The notes beneath the pieces are model-generated. The model was not told where the DNA came from and made no database searches. It saw only the letters and a list, made by a program, of their open reading frames with translations. Shown here in pieces: positions 46,401 to 56,300 of a stretch of DNA of 64,000 nt (position 1 is its first letter; each line of letters opens with the position of its first letter). The position numbers and the translations under genes are program-made. The DNA is taken from positions 15,175-79,174 of IMG/VR virus record IMGVR_UViG_3300020438_000021. The stretch is one strand, 5' to 3'. Source of the DNA: a virus.

Positions 46401-46669
46401 ATATCCCCTATCACGAAGTTGGATGCTCCTGAAGAAGCAAAGTTCTGTGCTGCTATGTAGTCGAAAACTGCATCACCAGTGACTAGGTTAGCATTACCAT
46501 CAGCAACTGAGCCAGTTGTTGCGGCTATCGTGGAATCAAATGACAAAGTTCCATCGTCATTGATTGTGATTGTCTTCGTAGCGTTATCAGCACCAGTTAC
46601 CTCTATCTTTGGGTTTGCACTCTGTCCGGTGTTTGGCGTAATTAGAATGTCCTTATCTGAGTTAGCCAT
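40412..46669 (-). CDS. Long repeat-rich tail fibre / receptor-binding protein 1
   Basis: About 9 TQLxxEQVQDIVG repeats, ALNTLNELAAALGDDA repeats, GxLGIGTxxP beta repeats, beta-sandwich-like C-terminal domains. Confidence 0.8.
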   Translation of the reverse strand: MANSDKDILITPNTGQSANPKIEVTGADNATKTITINDDGTLSFDSTIAATTGSVADGNANLVTGDAVFDYIAAQNFASSGASNFVIGDITGQTALTSGLDSTDELVLSDAGTLKRMDVSVLQSYMQSNLTFTTDTILTTENVQDIIGAMVDGGTETNIAVTYDDTGGKLNFVSTDTNTQLTQEQVEDFVAGVIVAGSNITKTYDDAAGTLTLAATDTNTQLTTEEVQDIVGAMFTSNTETRVSATYEDGDGTIDLVVDDMTADTNTQLSTEQVQDIVGAMLVGTETRIGVTYDDTNGRINFVVDDMTANTQLTLLDEDNFATNSATAAASQQSIKAYVDSEVAGLVDSSPSALNTLNELAAALGDDASFSTTTATSLGNRLRVDVSNQGLTSTQQGNALTNLGITASLAEINILDDGLAASDIPNLASSKITSGTLGTARIPSLAASKITSGTFATARIADDAITAAKISTTNTANSSTDNYLLSYDDTSGGFTLVAAGAGGENNQNAFSNVAVSGQTTAAADSTTDTLTLVAAGGMTITTSGDSITLNSANTNTQLTTEQVQDIVGGMFGSNTETRISATYQDGDGTIDLVVDDMTANDNTQLSTEQVQDIVGAMFGSNTETRISATYQDGDGTIDLVVDDMTANTNTNQLTTFTLTGDSGTNQTIAHGNTLDIAGGTGIDTVVGNTDTVTVAIDNTVATLSGSQTLSNKTIAISQVTELSNLTADEGAQLENIGSTTISAAQWGYLGAASGAITNTDTQLSTEQVQDIVGAMFSSNTETRVSATYQDGDGTIDLVVDDMTANTNTQLSTEQVQDIVGGMLVGTETRIGVSYDDTNGRINFVVDDMTANTQLTLLDQDNMSSNSATAAASQQSIKAYVDAEVAGIVASAPSALNTLNELAAALGDDASFSTTTATSLGNRLRVDVSNQGLTSTQQGNALTNLGITASLAEINILDGGLSASNIPTITASKVTEISNLTAAEGAQLENIGSTTISAAQWGYLGAATGAITNTNTQLSDAEVVAALNSDLGGDIVFGTQTDDNVKYTGSISVGNVNQAGSALLTADGFATMNGLFLGYGSGPGYIKTYNGSDNLELYAHSGSAHVKMLDLDAVNNKVIVGSDLEVGVTGTAGKVYLSVDDATSFLGWNSTGTDVTLAASDDLTLHADDDIFFQAGGTTKMYLLNDGKLGIGTSTPAKELDVAGDIQLSGSLFINDSTDLATLAPTFVQVYNTNGSSNATVKMWAETWGGKIGTTSSDDFFIVSANSDRMQFDGSMRTTFYGSASADPIIRLSTGDTTVSDTDDLGVIEWAAGSEGDGTDGDARLVAASVSAVAEANFTDTANTAALVFKTATSEAATEKMRLTNVGRLGIGTTTPRALLDVTATNNPTILLNARDSDYAADDKIGSLLFYNNEDSSGQTGSRIGAGVRFVATDAYGRGRLELSAGTSSPMSSYNAAEDYTDNSIARLSILTDGGNIGIGTTSPAFPLDVNGFISTSTGIVHTGDTNNTITFGTDTQSFNTGSTARMNISDSGLQVGTGARVTTINTSFSDNDTSLMTSQAIKEKIEAYGYTTDTNTNLTTEQVQDIVGAMFSSNTETNITATYQDADGTIDLVASAGGSGDITAVVAGTGLTGGASSGSATLNVIGGTGITANANDMAVTAAQTGITSILNSSLKVGYGASDAYIDFATDNNMSFAIDNTVQFIIQDTIIRPGGNGVVALGQDGKRWSEGHFNDLLVAGNSVLAAIDEDNMASNSASRVPTQQSVKAYVDANAGGGSSAESDGSKPVVYMDSGNTDVDLTERTIPFDTEVLDPSGNASKGADGHIRIVDAGYYEVSYSLPINDDGSTGADRTRIFAFAQTASNDSFSSNLTTITQSRSQVYTREASGGSGLSASFIYQHTANDYIRIRIDAQQNTNISTEVNQSQISIRKLSTPADREFVINAAEGDFYVTSTAGAGNANGFFLGYGDAEQNTTRSSSGSDIGFPIPKDCELVSIHLSFGNNGSETNSSNQTITVFKNRSASTTTFTYNASGSGGNQFSKEFTSFSGNGTTYSAGDTFNLRATGLSGYTDTQVGPVRAAITFRET

Positions 46670-49600
46670 TAGTATTCAACCTCCATCTTTCCAACATCCT
46701 TTCTCTCACCATGTATTATGTAGAAGCAGTCAACACCCTCGTCTGCGGCATTACCTACGAACACACGATTGTCTTCTATCTTTTCTACATATAACATTTG
46801 GAACTCACCATTTGCAGTTAATTGTACTGTGATTGTATCTTCATCAACTAGTTCCTTCCAATACTCAGGAAGTTCGATTGATACACCCATATTGTCACTA
46901 CCTGTTATTCTACCTCTATGATATACACCATGTTCCGGTCCTTCAAGAGAACCGTGTTGTAGTGTCTTACCTTCTTGTGTTGGGTGTGGAATAACGAAAG
47001 ACTTGGTTTGTGCAGCGAATGAGCCTTCTACTTGTAGTTTGTATCCGGGGGTTGCTGTACCAATACCAACACGATTGTTGGTCGTATCTATCTTAAATGT
47101 GGTAGTGTCTACTACTACATCTCCTGATACAGTTAGAGCAGATAATGTTCCAACACTTGTTATTCCTGACTGTGCTGCGTCAACATTCAATGTATCTCCA
47201 CTTAGAGTTATTCCTGTTCCAGCAGTTAGGTTAGTATCATCTGAGATATCTATTGGGTCTACTGTAATTGTCTGACCACTGATACTTAGGTAGTTTCCAC
47301 TACCTGTGAGTGTGACGTTTGTTGAGTTATCAGTTCCAGCAGCATCGACTCCTAATGCACTTCTAGCCGCAGATGCAGAAGTTGCTCCTGTTCCCCCTAG
47401 TGTAAGAGGCACAGTTCCGGCAGTTATTGCCTGACCTGATAGACTGAGATAGTTGTTTGATACAGTTGCAAGAGTCACATTTGTTGAGTTATCAGTCCCT
47501 GCGACATCTACATTCAAATTTGTTCTTGCATTGGATTGCTGTGTTCCACTAAGTCCTTGAGAAGCGGTGTCTACTCTCAGTCTGTTACCTAGTGCGGTTG
47601 TAATAGTGTTTGAGAAGTTAGCATCATCGTTGATTGAGGCTGCTAGTTCGTTCAGTGTATTCAACGCAGCAGGAGCAGAATCTACTAGACTTGCTACCTC
47701 AGTGTCAACATAAGCCTTGATTGATTGTTGAGTAGCAAGATGTGTTGCTGAGTTAGAAGCCATATTGTCTTCGTCTTTCACTGGAACTACGAAGTCAAGC
47801 GTTCCATCTCCATCTTCATATGTGACACTAATGAATGTCTCAGTGTTACCTGTAACCATTCCACCAACGAAATCCTCTACATTTTCTTGAGACAATTGAG
47901 TATTGGTGTTAGTAGAACTGAAATTCAACTTACCGTTTGTGTCATCATAAGTTACAGTCATGTTGGTCTCAGTATTACTGCTTACCATAGCACCTACGAT
48001 ATCTTCTACCTGTTCTGTTGTCAACTGAGTATTAGTGTCAGTGGATGCTATTGTTAGTGTGCCGCTTGCGTCATCATAAGTCTTAGATACATTGCTTCCT
48101 GCTACTACTAAGTTAGCAACAATATCTTCAATTTCCTCTTGTGTTTTTCCAGTGGAAGCGATGGTTAGAGTACCTGCTGAATCATCATATGTTTTGGTTA
48201 TGTTAGTTCCAGCAACAATTACCCCGTTCACGAAGTCTTCTACTTGCTCTTGAGTTAGTTGAGTGTTAGTGTTAGTATCAGTAGATGCGATAGTAACTGC
48301 TCCATTACTTTCAGTAATAGTTACATTAGAACCAGCAGTAAATGCTAGTGTCTCACTACTTGCTAAGGTGTTACCACCTGCTGTAACTGTTCTCACCGCA
48401 GTAATGTATGAATCTAAATCACTTATTTGTGATTCAGTAATTGACAATGCTGCTTGGTGTTGTGTTACGCTTCCCGCAGATATTCTTGCATTAGCAAATG
48501 TTCCTGAAGTAACCTTACTAGTGGCAAGACTCGGTATCCTTGCAGTACCTAAAGTACCGCTTGTTATCTTAGAAGCAGCAAGACTTGGTATGTCGCTTGC
48601 AGATAATCCGCCATCTAGTATGTTTATCTCTGCTAGACTTGCTGTTATTCCTAAGTTTGTTATTGCGTTACCTTGTTGTGTTGCCGATAGTCCCTGACTG
48701 TTGGTATCTACTCTAAGTCTATTACCTAATGAAGTAGAAGTGGTAGTTGCAAAGTTAGCGTCATCTCCTAGAGCAGCCGCTAGTTCATTTAATGTGTCTA
48801 AAGCAGCAGGAGCGGAAGAAATTACTCCTGCCACTTCTGCGTCAACATATGCTTTTATTGACTGTTGACTGGCTACTTTAGTTGCAGAATTAGAAGTCAT
48901 GTTATCTTCATCTAGCAAGTCAGATGAGATTGAGTAGTTGTTAGCACTAGCAGCAATACCGTTTAGTTTCGTGTGGTCAGCATCTGTGAATACATTAGAG
49001 TCTGAAGCAGATTCAACTAGAGTTCTAATTTCTGCGGCAGTTTGGTCAGCAGTAGCAGCAGTTTCAATCCCTGCTAGTTTGTCAAACTGGTCATCAGTCA
49101 TTAGACCATGAGCAGATGTTGTTGCATCAGGTATAGTAGCAGTAACTGTGGTAGCACCTGTTTTTGTCAGGGTTAAGGTATTGCCACTGAATGCTGCTGA
49201 AGTAACTGGTTTCTCTGTTGAGTCTATTAGTATTCTTTCGTTTATCCTACTCACTGATATGTTTCCTATACCTTCAAAGTTTACAGAAGTGAAAGTTCCA
49301 TCTGTTCCTGTTAGTTTTAGTCTCTTAGCCCCAGTTCCTGTTGCATCTTCAACAGTGAACGCATACTGTGTATCATTAGCATCGAAGGCTGTTTCATCTA
49401 CATAGGTCTTCACTGCTCTAGATGATGGTATTCTATCATCAAGGTTGCTCGCAACGGAAATATTAGTATCTAAACCAGTTATCCCATTCAAATCAGCAAT
49501 AGTAGAAGCGGTAGTGAGATAGTTTCCTGATGCTTGTTTACCATTTAATTGAGTTTGAATAGATGATGTTACCCCGTTTAGATGGCTAATCTCAGCAGCA

Positions 49601-52600
49601 GAAACATCAGTCACACCATCTAGTATGTTTATCTCTGCGGCAGAAGCAGTCACACTTAGGTCTGTTAGACTACCAGCCTTTGCATTCAATGCTGACACTA
49701 ACCCAGTGACCTTGCTCTGTGCTATATCCAAGAGTTTGCTATTTGGGATAGAACCTGCTAATTGTGTATTACTTACACCTCCTGACTTGATGGTTACTGC
49801 TCCACTACTAATATCAAAATCAGCACTAGCGAAAGATGCAACTCCTTTGTTAGATGCAGTAGCCTCTTCAACATCTATTGTTAGTGTGCCACTGGAATCA
49901 TTGTAAGTAGTGGTTATTGCTTCACCATCACTAAACAATGCATTGACTCTATCATCCACTCTTTCATCTGTATAGTAGAGATTCGCTCCTTCTGCTACAT
50001 TTGCAGTCGTTAAAGTGATGCTTCCACCTAGAGCAACAGTGCTTCCGTTTACAGTTACAGATGAGTTTGCTAGTTTGTTGTTTGCTATACTGCCAGCGAG
50101 TTGAGCATTCGTAACTGAGATGTTTGATACGTTACTTGAGAAGTCTGCACCAGCAGTTGCTCCTGATTCTACACTCACTAACTTGGTGTTCAGAGCAGAT
50201 GTAAAGTTGACATCTGATTGAGTATCAGCAGACAATACTCCCGTCACATTATTTATTGTGAGGTTACTACCAACCTTCACTCCACCGAGAACAGAATCAG
50301 TTGCCTTATTTAGACTGAAGAAATTCGCTCCACCTTCGATGTTATCCAGTTTACTCTTCAAGGTATCAGTGAAGTTGTTCTGAGTAAGTCCACCGTCACC
50401 AACTGAGTATTGTGTGTCTGTAACTGTCTCAGTAGCAGAGGTTATTGCGAGTATGTGTCCATTAGAATCTAGAGTTATATCTTGGATGTATGTTCTTCCA
50501 GTATTATTCACTGATGATGCTGCACCGGAAATGGTGGGGTGTGCAGTTAAGAAGCCTGAGTTAGTATTGCTGTAATTAGATAAATCAGTATCTACGTTCA
50601 AGGTATCTCCGGCTAATACGATGTTTGTTCCTGCAACTAGATTGGTATCATCAGAGATGTCAATCTCACCAAGAGTAATCTGCTGCCCATTGAGAGTTAG
50701 GTAATTCCTACTTCCTGCTAGTGTCACATCTGTTGAGTTGTCTGTTCCTGATGGGTCTACGTTGAGGAGTGTTCTTCCCTGAGCAGCAGTGAGAGTTTCT
50801 ACTGAGCCAGCATTGCTACTTGTTCTTCCTAGTAGGACATTGGAACTAACATTCTGTACCTTGTCAAAGGTTATTGCATCGTCTGCTATCCTAGATGTTC
50901 CGAATGTCCCACTGGTGATTTTATTAGTTGCTATGTTTGGTATCCTACCAATATTAAATGTCCCACCAGTAATCTTACTTGCACTTAAGTCAGGTATGTC
51001 TCCTGCTACTAATTTATCAAAGAGATTGGCAAGTGTGGTCTTCTTTAGACCGCTACTGCTACTGTCATGATAAGCCAAGAAATCTTGTGTTAGGTCTATC
51101 CCATTCTCAGTGCTTAGACTATTAATCGTGACTTTCAAGGTTGAACCTGTTCTGTCTAAACCGCTTCCTATTGTCAAACTAGGTTCTTTTCCACTTAACG
51201 CAGATGTTAGTCCCGTAATCTTACTCTGTGCAATACTTCCGGCTAGTTTCGCATTCGTCACTGCATTGTCAGTGATAGCAGCAGTTTGAATCGCATCATC
51301 TGCCATGTGTGCAGAAGTCACTTGGTCGGCTGCAATATGTGCGGTTCTTACAGCATCATCTGCTATCTTGTCGTTATCAATTGCATCATCAATTATCTTT
51401 GTAGTTGACACAGAATCAGTTGCAAGTTTAGTAGTAGTTATTGCACCATTTGCTATCTTTGCCGTTGTGACACCCAAGTTGACTAACTCAGCAGTATTGA
51501 TTGTATTTGCTCCAATTGCAGTAGATAGTGTGACGTTCCCTGTTCCATCGAAAGAAACCGCACCAGCAGTCACATCACCTGATAATGCGAAGTTCCTAGC
51601 ATTTGTTAGAGCAGTGGCAGATGATACAGTTCCTGTTACATTGCCGATGAAATTTCCTGCAACGAATGTCTCAGAACCAACTGTCCATCTATCGTTAGTC
51701 TCATCCCAAATCAACGTCTTGTTTGTTTGGTTTCCTCTCTCTACCTCTATACCAGCGTTTTCAGATGGCGCACTCGTTTCATCTGAGTTTAGAGTGATTA
51801 TGCTATCTCCTATATTGACAGTGTTCGAGAGTACAGTAGTTGTAGTGCCACTAACAGTCAGGTTGCCACCGATAGACAAGTTCCCCACATTGATAGTATC
51901 ATTTGAGTCACCAAGACTGAAAGTTCCTAGATTCGCATTGTGCAATGCAGACCTCACATTGTCTGTATCTGTAACATCTGCACCCGCTTCTAATCCCAAC
52001 ATGGTCACAATATTGGCAGGAGTTATCTCCTCGATGTTTCCTGCACCGGAGGAGTCTCTTCCTAGTATTCGGTTTGTAGCAGATACATTCTGCATTTTGG
52101 CGTATGTAATTGCATCATTAGCCACATCTGCTGTTGCGATTGTTCCATCTGCTATCATGGCTGATGTGACTTGTACCTCTTCGACTGTTCCAGTGGAAGC
52201 CTTTCCTAAGACTCGATTTGCTGTACCAATGTCTTGTATCTTATCGTAGGTCACTGCATCACTTGCAATCTTAACAGTCGTAACATTCCCATCTGCAATC
52301 TTAGTAGTTGTAACAGCAGCAGTTCCTAACTTCGTTTCTGTTACTGCTCCGTTGTTTATCTTCGCATTAGTTACTGCATTGGCTGCTAAGTTACTATCAT
52401 CTAGACCAGTCAGTTGACTGTCTAATGCCAATGTTCCTGTGCTAGATGGTAGTGTAATAGTAGCAGAGCCTTTGGTTAGTGTACCATCATTGTTGATTCG
52501 CATTGTCTCAGAACCACTGTTGATTGCAGAGAACTGTCGGGTCGCTTGTTCATAAAAGAGAAATTGATGCAGCCTACTAGTGGAGTTGTTGCTGTCAGCA

Positions 52601-53028
52601 GTATCTACTTTGACCACGATTAGGGGTATGTCTCCGTCCGTTAGTTCTGCAACAGTCGCTGCACCAGTAGTTGCCTTCCCAGTAACAGTTCCGTGTCTCC
52701 ATGACAAGGCATTTGATGCGTTTACTACAATCACACCATACCAATCATTAGAGTTAGCAGCAATAGTAGAGACAGTTGTTGTTAGAGTAGCACCACTGAC
52801 ATCTACTAACTTACCATCTCTGAGGACTTTACCTGCTGCAACCTGAAAATGGGTTCTGCTACTAGTAGTACCCTGAGTCAAATCGAAACCGCTTATTCCT
52901 CTGTTCTCGCCAGTGGCAGCGTGTAATGCCTTGATGATTCCTGAGTGTATGTTGTCTGTGCCATCCTTGAGTTGTGTGCTGGAAGGGTTAGTTGATAGTG
53001 TCGAAATAATACCCGGATTTGATGTCAT
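46669..53028 (-). CDS. Long repeat-rich tail fibre protein 2
   Basis: AVTxAKIAD decapeptide repeats, modules shared with fibre 1, C-terminal KSFVIPHP...LEGPE domain. Confidence 0.8.
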   Translation of the reverse strand: MTSNPGIISTLSTNPSSTQLKDGTDNIHSGIIKALHAATGENRGISGFDLTQGTTSSRTHFQVAAGKVLRDGKLVDVSGATLTTTVSTIAANSNDWYGVIVVNASNALSWRHGTVTGKATTGAATVAELTDGDIPLIVVKVDTADSNNSTSRLHQFLFYEQATRQFSAINSGSETMRINNDGTLTKGSATITLPSSTGTLALDSQLTGLDDSNLAANAVTNAKINNGAVTETKLGTAAVTTTKIADGNVTTVKIASDAVTYDKIQDIGTANRVLGKASTGTVEEVQVTSAMIADGTIATADVANDAITYAKMQNVSATNRILGRDSSGAGNIEEITPANIVTMLGLEAGADVTDTDNVRSALHNANLGTFSLGDSNDTINVGNLSIGGNLTVSGTTTTVLSNTVNIGDSIITLNSDETSAPSENAGIEVERGNQTNKTLIWDETNDRWTVGSETFVAGNFIGNVTGTVSSATALTNARNFALSGDVTAGAVSFDGTGNVTLSTAIGANTINTAELVNLGVTTAKIANGAITTTKLATDSVSTTKIIDDAIDNDKIADDAVRTAHIAADQVTSAHMADDAIQTAAITDNAVTNAKLAGSIAQSKITGLTSALSGKEPSLTIGSGLDRTGSTLKVTINSLSTENGIDLTQDFLAYHDSSSSGLKKTTLANLFDKLVAGDIPDLSASKITGGTFNIGRIPNIATNKITSGTFGTSRIADDAITFDKVQNVSSNVLLGRTSSNAGSVETLTAAQGRTLLNVDPSGTDNSTDVTLAGSRNYLTLNGQQITLGEIDISDDTNLVAGTNIVLAGDTLNVDTDLSNYSNTNSGFLTAHPTISGAASSVNNTGRTYIQDITLDSNGHILAITSATETVTDTQYSVGDGGLTQNNFTDTLKSKLDNIEGGANFFSLNKATDSVLGGVKVGSNLTINNVTGVLSADTQSDVNFTSALNTKLVSVESGATAGADFSSNVSNISVTNAQLAGSIANNKLANSSVTVNGSTVALGGSITLTTANVAEGANLYYTDERVDDRVNALFSDGEAITTTYNDSSGTLTIDVEEATASNKGVASFASADFDISSGAVTIKSGGVSNTQLAGSIPNSKLLDIAQSKVTGLVSALNAKAGSLTDLSVTASAAEINILDGVTDVSAAEISHLNGVTSSIQTQLNGKQASGNYLTTASTIADLNGITGLDTNISVASNLDDRIPSSRAVKTYVDETAFDANDTQYAFTVEDATGTGAKRLKLTGTDGTFTSVNFEGIGNISVSRINERILIDSTEKPVTSAAFSGNTLTLTKTGATTVTATIPDATTSAHGLMTDDQFDKLAGIETAATADQTAAEIRTLVESASDSNVFTDADHTKLNGIAASANNYSISSDLLDEDNMTSNSATKVASQQSIKAYVDAEVAGVISSAPAALDTLNELAAALGDDANFATTTSTSLGNRLRVDTNSQGLSATQQGNAITNLGITASLAEINILDGGLSASDIPSLAASKITSGTLGTARIPSLATSKVTSGTFANARISAGSVTQHQAALSITESQISDLDSYITAVRTVTAGGNTLASSETLAFTAGSNVTITESNGAVTIASTDTNTNTQLTQEQVEDFVNGVIVAGTNITKTYDDSAGTLTIASTGKTQEEIEDIVANLVVAGSNVSKTYDDASGTLTIASTDTNTQLTTEQVEDIVGAMVSSNTETNMTVTYDDTNGKLNFSSTNTNTQLSQENVEDFVGGMVTGNTETFISVTYEDGDGTLDFVVPVKDEDNMASNSATHLATQQSIKAYVDTEVASLVDSAPAALNTLNELAASINDDANFSNTITTALGNRLRVDTASQGLSGTQQSNARTNLNVDVAGTDNSTNVTLATVSNNYLSLSGQAITAGTVPLTLGGTGATSASAARSALGVDAAGTDNSTNVTLTGSGNYLSISGQTITVDPIDISDDTNLTAGTGITLSGDTLNVDAAQSGITSVGTLSALTVSGDVVVDTTTFKIDTTNNRVGIGTATPGYKLQVEGSFAAQTKSFVIPHPTQEGKTLQHGSLEGPEHGVYHRGRITGSDNMGVSIELPEYWKELVDEDTITVQLTANGEFQMLYVEKIEDNRVFVGNAADEGVDCFYIIHGERKDVGKMEVEY

Positions 53029-53390
53029 TAGTTATCCACCTCTACTCTTATTGTAAACGAAACTGTGTCACCGCTTGCTACAACACCAGTGTTTGTGAAA
53101 GTGACTCGGCTCAATAACGTGCCGTTTCCAGCCGTAGTGCCATTCCTGAAAATACCTATTTCTGAAACTCCTGATGATGGTATCTGCGCTCCTGTAAAAT
53201 CTACATTGTAAATCAAAGTAGAACCAACAATAGTGGGAACTTGCCCTGTCTTTTGGAAGATGAAATTATTCAACCCCCCTTGACTAGCAGAAGTTGTATC
53301 TCTTCCATCTCCAATCGCAACCACTTGGTAGTTTGTCTTTATTAAATCCGCAATATCTGCTGCTCCTTCATTTACTACTGTCATCTTCAA
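53028..53390 (-). CDS. Small tail/baseplate structural protein
   Basis: AIGDG...EIGIF...LLSRVTF pattern typical of fibre-anchoring baseplate proteins. Confidence 0.6.
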   Translation of the reverse strand: MKMTVVNEGAADIADLIKTNYQVVAIGDGRDTTSASQGGLNNFIFQKTGQVPTIVGSTLIYNVDFTGAQIPSSGVSEIGIFRNGTTAGNGTLLSRVTFTNTGVVASGDTVSFTIRVEVDN

Positions 53391-56300
53391 TCCTCACTTG
53401 TATAGTACCCTATTACCTGACTTCCCGTATTCTCAAATCCTACTTCCTCAGTGAAACCCAAAAGGTCATCAAAGCCCATGTTTGAACTCTCGCCACTGCC
53501 AGTGATTGTATACTGAACGAGTGTAGTCTTTAACGATATAGAATCTGTAAGAGACAGACCTGTTGACACATCCTCTGCGTTTCTAGAGAAAAGCGTTGAA
53601 CTACTAGAGCGTTGCTGTGAACCGAGTTCCGCTAATCTCTCAGCAATCGTCTTGTTGAAAGTTCCAACAGTCATAGTCAGTTGACTAGAGAGAACATTCT
53701 CTATTTCAAATATCAAGTAGTCTCCTGCTGGAATGCCTTGTCCTTCCATATCTAGATATACGATATCTCCTGCCTCTAATGTTTCAAGCCCCTTCTTCTC
53801 AAGACTCAATGTTATCTTTCTATTGTTTTGGTTGTATAATTCTAGAAGTTCGTGTGCCTTTATCTTTACATCTGATATGTTTCTCAGAGTCGGGTCTACG
53901 AATGTTACATGCGTTCCCTTACCTGCAATATTTCTTTCAACGGTTGTAGAGATTTTATCACCTACAACTGTCACTTTATTGGCCTTTGCAAACAATGAAC
54001 TGTTTTTCTTTACAGAGAAGATTCTATGAGTGCCAAAGGAAATTGATTGTTTTCTTGTTAAGGCATTTGAATTTAAGTCTCGAAATACCACTTTTCTATC
54101 TTTAACTTTAAAATCCAATCCTTTCTTTCCTGCCATTTCATTCAAAGTTTCATATGCTGGCTTATTACTGAAATTATTGGTTGCGATGAAAGTCTTCCTG
54201 TTTCTCTTAATTATCTCATCATTGAGAACAGGGTTGAACCATAAATCCACATCTCCATCAGTATGAACATCGGTAACTGTAATGACACTTCCCGACACAG
54301 AGCCAACGACTCCAATCGGATATCCTTCATGCGTGTAGATTACATCCCCTGCTTCTAGATTCTCAACTGTTGCTTTGCATGTGATGAGATTGTTATTGAC
54401 AGACTGAACGATGTTTCCTGTGAACTCTGATTGTGTTTGTATCAAGTCAGAGGTCATGCCAGCACTTCTGATTATCTTGTCCATGTGAGTCTCTATCTCC
54501 TCACCGATAATCATGCTTGTTCCAACATGGCAATTGGTTATATTTTGGAGATTTGGTTTCCTTCTGAGTTCCAAGTTGACTATCTCTCCAAAAGAGACAA
54601 CACCCTTACCATTCAGAACCCCATCGTATGTTAATTTGAAATGTCCTCTTCTTATTCCTGTATTGCGATTGTTACTCGTAAAGCCAACAGTCATTGTCTT
54701 GACTTCCTTAACATCACCGTCAGTAATCATAACCTCAAACGTATCCCCATCGTTGTATGGGAGCATGTTGAAACATTCGACATACGACCTGCCGAAAGCA
54801 GACTGACAGGAAGAATTACCTAGAATAGCATTTGGAGAAGGAGCAGTGTCTAGGTTCAATAGCACATACGCACTGAAGATGCCTTCATTGGTATGATTTT
54901 CATAAGCATTGAATACCGTATTAATTCCACCTTCAACTCCTGTTCTATATCCACTTGACGTTTCAGAATAATCCAAACCAGTGCTGAACAACTTACCAAA
55001 TGTTATCTCATTCGGTGTCTCCCTGAATGTTGTCTCGGATAATCTCATCAGTCTGAAGAAAGGGACTTCGGAAATGGTAGAGAATGGCTCATCCAATACA
55101 ATTGTATGCACTCTGCTTGTATCATTGCTAGTGGATATCGTGTGAGTGTGACTGACTATCTTACCCATATAGGCGATGTTCAGAGTCTTGTTTGAACTCC
55201 TCCCAAGCGTATCCTTGTCGCCTCCTGACAAATCATTCGCACCTAGAGAAGTATCGCCTAGACTCTCTATGCCTCTGTTGCTCACTAGATAGTAGCCAGT
55301 TAAGTTAGGCGTGTAATCTAACCAAGCGTGTTCTGAGTCTGTATCACTCACTGTTACGGTCAATGTCTTGTTGCTATTTGAAATAGAGACATTAGCATCT
55401 GCTGTATTGACGAAAGGCTTGATTAACATTCTAGCAGAGTATACTCCACCACCATTGTTCGATGATACATCAACATGATTCTGAACTCTATCACTCGCAC
55501 TTGTTGAAAGCACTTCACCTGCTCTATTATCCAAGAAGTATGTTGCTGCTCCTATAATATCATTATTCGGGTTTCCACTAAATGAAGTGCCACTAGTAGA
55601 TACTTTCGCTAGTGTATGTGTTCCAGTAACTGCCCTGAATGTTCCGCTAGTTGACTCGTAGACCATAGTATTAGTCGAGTGCTGGTCAATGTCATTTACT
55701 GTGGTAAAAGTTCCTCCAATATATGTCTCATAGGAAGTCCTGAACTCTCTAGTTCCTAACATACTGCTACATTGAAACATGTCTTCAGGAACACTAGGGC
55801 CACTTTGACTTACTCTCTTGATATCTCGGAACACAGCAATGCAGTTCTCATATGGGTGAACATCGTTCTCTAGCCCCATCTTCGATGTTGTTGTTACTGT
55901 TGAGGTTGCTCTATGGTCTTGCAATAGTCCTGCTAGGACTCTAGAGATATTCAGATATGGTGGTGAAGCATAGTCACTATGAGACCACTCGTTGCTATTG
56001 TGATATGGTGACTGTTTCGCATTTGCAAGTTCATTAGCAGTGCTTACATGTATTCCAGCCTTAAATATGAATGGGAGTAAGACAGAAGGTGGGTCAAATG
56101 TGTTACCATTAGCGTTCTTCAATTTTGCATACCTGAATGTTAAGTCATTATTGCCACTTGTTTTGTAGTAGGGTCTCATGAGAAGAACTCGACTCATATC
56201 CAACTGGTCTCCACTACTAGCAAGTTTTCGGGTCTCAAACGCATCGTTGGTGAAACTAAAATCATATTGGGATTTACCGTATTGCGGAATCAGATATGCG

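Noticed and set aside
40412-53028. Diversity-generating retroelement acting on the fibres
   Set aside because: No reverse transcriptase in the window; repeats are in-frame coding modules and I saw no adenine-specific TR/VR pair
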